Source: a virus
Virus record (IMG/VR): IMGVR_UViG_3300042445_001170
Coordinates: 1-64,000 of that record
Direction: 5' to 3' (one strand)
DNA length: 64,000 nucleotides
In this document: positions 62,807-64,000 of the stretch, one piece after another
Layout of the letters: every line of letters starts with the position of its first letter
Numbering within the stretch: position 1 is the first letter of the stretch
The notes under the pieces: generated by a model
The model's input: only the letters and a program-made list of their open reading frames with translations
Database searches by the model: none
Told to the model about the DNA's origin: nothing
Made by a program: the position numbers and the translations under genes

Positions 62807-62993
62807 CTTTATCCTTTAGTTTAAATTTAAAAGATTGACTATCTGAATCGTAATCAACCTGCAACTCCTTATCTTCTGTTGCTGCATCAATAAATGATGC
62901 TGAGGGAATAGATATTTCTTTTTGAACTTCTAAAATTGCCACTAAAATCTTTGAAACATTTAGAGATGCAAAAATATCCTGCTCTTCTGTCAT
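62760..62993 (-). CDS. Hypothetical protein (paralog family)
   Basis: LNVSKILVAIL motif. Confidence 0.7.
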   Translation of the reverse strand: MTEEQDIFASLNVSKILVAILEVQKEISIPSASFIDAATEDKELQVDYDSDSQSFKFKLKDKDGSGFNNNQLIESFE

Positions 62994-63421
62994 TTAATTT
63001 CTCCTTGAACTGGCTTAATGCTATGGACGTTCCATGGCCTTCTAATTGAAAAGAAACCCATTGTTTCTCTTTTTTTCTGAGCCTCGATGCCATCTTCATG
63101 GCTGACTAGGTTCATTGAAACTTTATCTGTTTGGGGGTCAAACTTAACAACAACGTGTCCGCCTAGATCTTTGATGTAATCAAAAAAATCTGGGTCGTAT
63201 GGGTTTACTGCTGTGTCATTAGGAGGCAAGTCATACTTATTTAAATGAGTAACCTGATCTCTATCAAAAACAACCTCTCCAAAATTTTGAAATATCAAGG
63301 TTAGCAATGAAGATGCGTTCAGTCTATGAAAGAAATCTTCAACCTCATTGCTTCTTCTTTCGCATTCTTCTCTGCTTACTGTTACTCCGTCATCCATAAA
63401 GACATCATGAGTGTGCATATT
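62990..63421 (-). CDS. Hypothetical protein (paralog family)
   Basis: LNASSLLTLIF motif; start uncertain. Confidence 0.65.
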   Translation of the reverse strand, partial: NMHTHDVFMDDGVTVSREECERRSNEVEDFFHRLNASSLLTLIFQNFGEVVFDRDQVTHLNKYDLPPNDTAVNPYDPDFFDYIKDLGGHVVVKFDPQTDKVSMNLVSHEDGIEAQKKRETMGFFSIRRPWNVHSIKPVQGEIK

Positions 63422-63764
63422 GGTTCCACCTAGCTCTCGTACAAACATAACCCATGTCACCTATTTGACCAAGGGTTCTTTCTCCTTCTTCTTTTGACAC
63501 TAACTTTAATTTAAATTTATCTCCATCAACAATAGTTACATTTACGTAACCACCATTTTCTTTAATGTAGTCCATAAATGTATCTACATAAGTTGACTCT
63601 GCATTTAGATCCATTAGATCTTCTGGCTTTTGATACTTTAGAATTCCTTCAAGCTCTGCAATTGGGATCTCTACTGGACCAGCGGTTTTTAAAATTGCAG
63701 TAAGCATGTTAGAGGCATTAAGCCTACCCATTACTTGCTGCAGTAAATTTTGTTCTTCTACCAT
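63405..63764 (-). CDS. Hypothetical protein (paralog family)
   Basis: LNASNMLTAIL motif. Confidence 0.7.
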   Translation of the reverse strand: MVEEQNLLQQVMGRLNASNMLTAILKTAGPVEIPIAELEGILKYQKPEDLMDLNAESTYVDTFMDYIKENGGYVNVTIVDGDKFKLKLVSKEEGERTLGQIGDMGYVCTRARWNQYAHS

Positions 63765-63955
63765 TTTTTTATAACACCTTCATCTTGAACCCATTTTTCA
63801 TTTGGATCGTTTCTTATAAAATATTGCAATACATCGTTTGTAATGCAAGCATGACAACTGCACTTATCGCTATGCGAACCAATATGTGGAATTATTCTAG
63901 ATAGCACATCCTTGATTAAAATTTCAGAAGTATATTCATGAAAATTAGTATCCAT
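63758..63955 (-). CDS. Hypothetical protein
   Basis: H...CSCHAC. Confidence 0.6.
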   Translation of the reverse strand: MDTNFHEYTSEILIKDVLSRIIPHIGSHSDKCSCHACITNDVLQYFIRNDPNEKWVQDEGVIKKW

Positions 63956-64000
63956 TCTTCCAGCAAGTACAAATTTTAATGCAGAAATATAACCATCTAA

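Overview
AT-rich segment of a large tailed dsDNA phage, very probably infecting Actinobacteria (WhiB, Lsr2-like protein, AhpC/AhpD, class II NrdJ, many leaderless genes). There are three zones. (1) 1-16.9 kb, mostly minus strand: tail/adsorption genes, holin-like protein, NrdJ, lytic transglycosylase and a 2OG-oxygenase/sulfotransferase/SGNH cluster. (2) About 17.0-30.0 kb: a plus-strand island of about 45 mostly tiny genes. (3) 30.5-64 kb, minus strand: tRNA clusters, stress and redox genes, secreted proteins, CHAP endolysin, terminase and recombination genes. I read 13 tRNA or tRNA-like genes in the window. The main result is the regulatory grammar of the island. It holds 17 copies of TGTCAG-N10-TAnnnT, the actinobacterial PafBC (RecA-NDp) DNA-damage promoter layout. 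It also has 11 CRP/GlxR-type boxes (7 perfect, mostly helically phased to those promoters), 10 GACAC (WhiA-type) boxes, DnaA boxes, an unexplained TTACG-N16/17-CCTGAA motif and a shared AACGAAAG leader. A candidate ~150-nt sRNA (26685-26836) shows the complement of that leader in a hairpin loop. Together this suggests a host-state-sensing early regulon with an RNA off-switch. All calls come from reading the sequence by eye; no database searches or folding programs were run.
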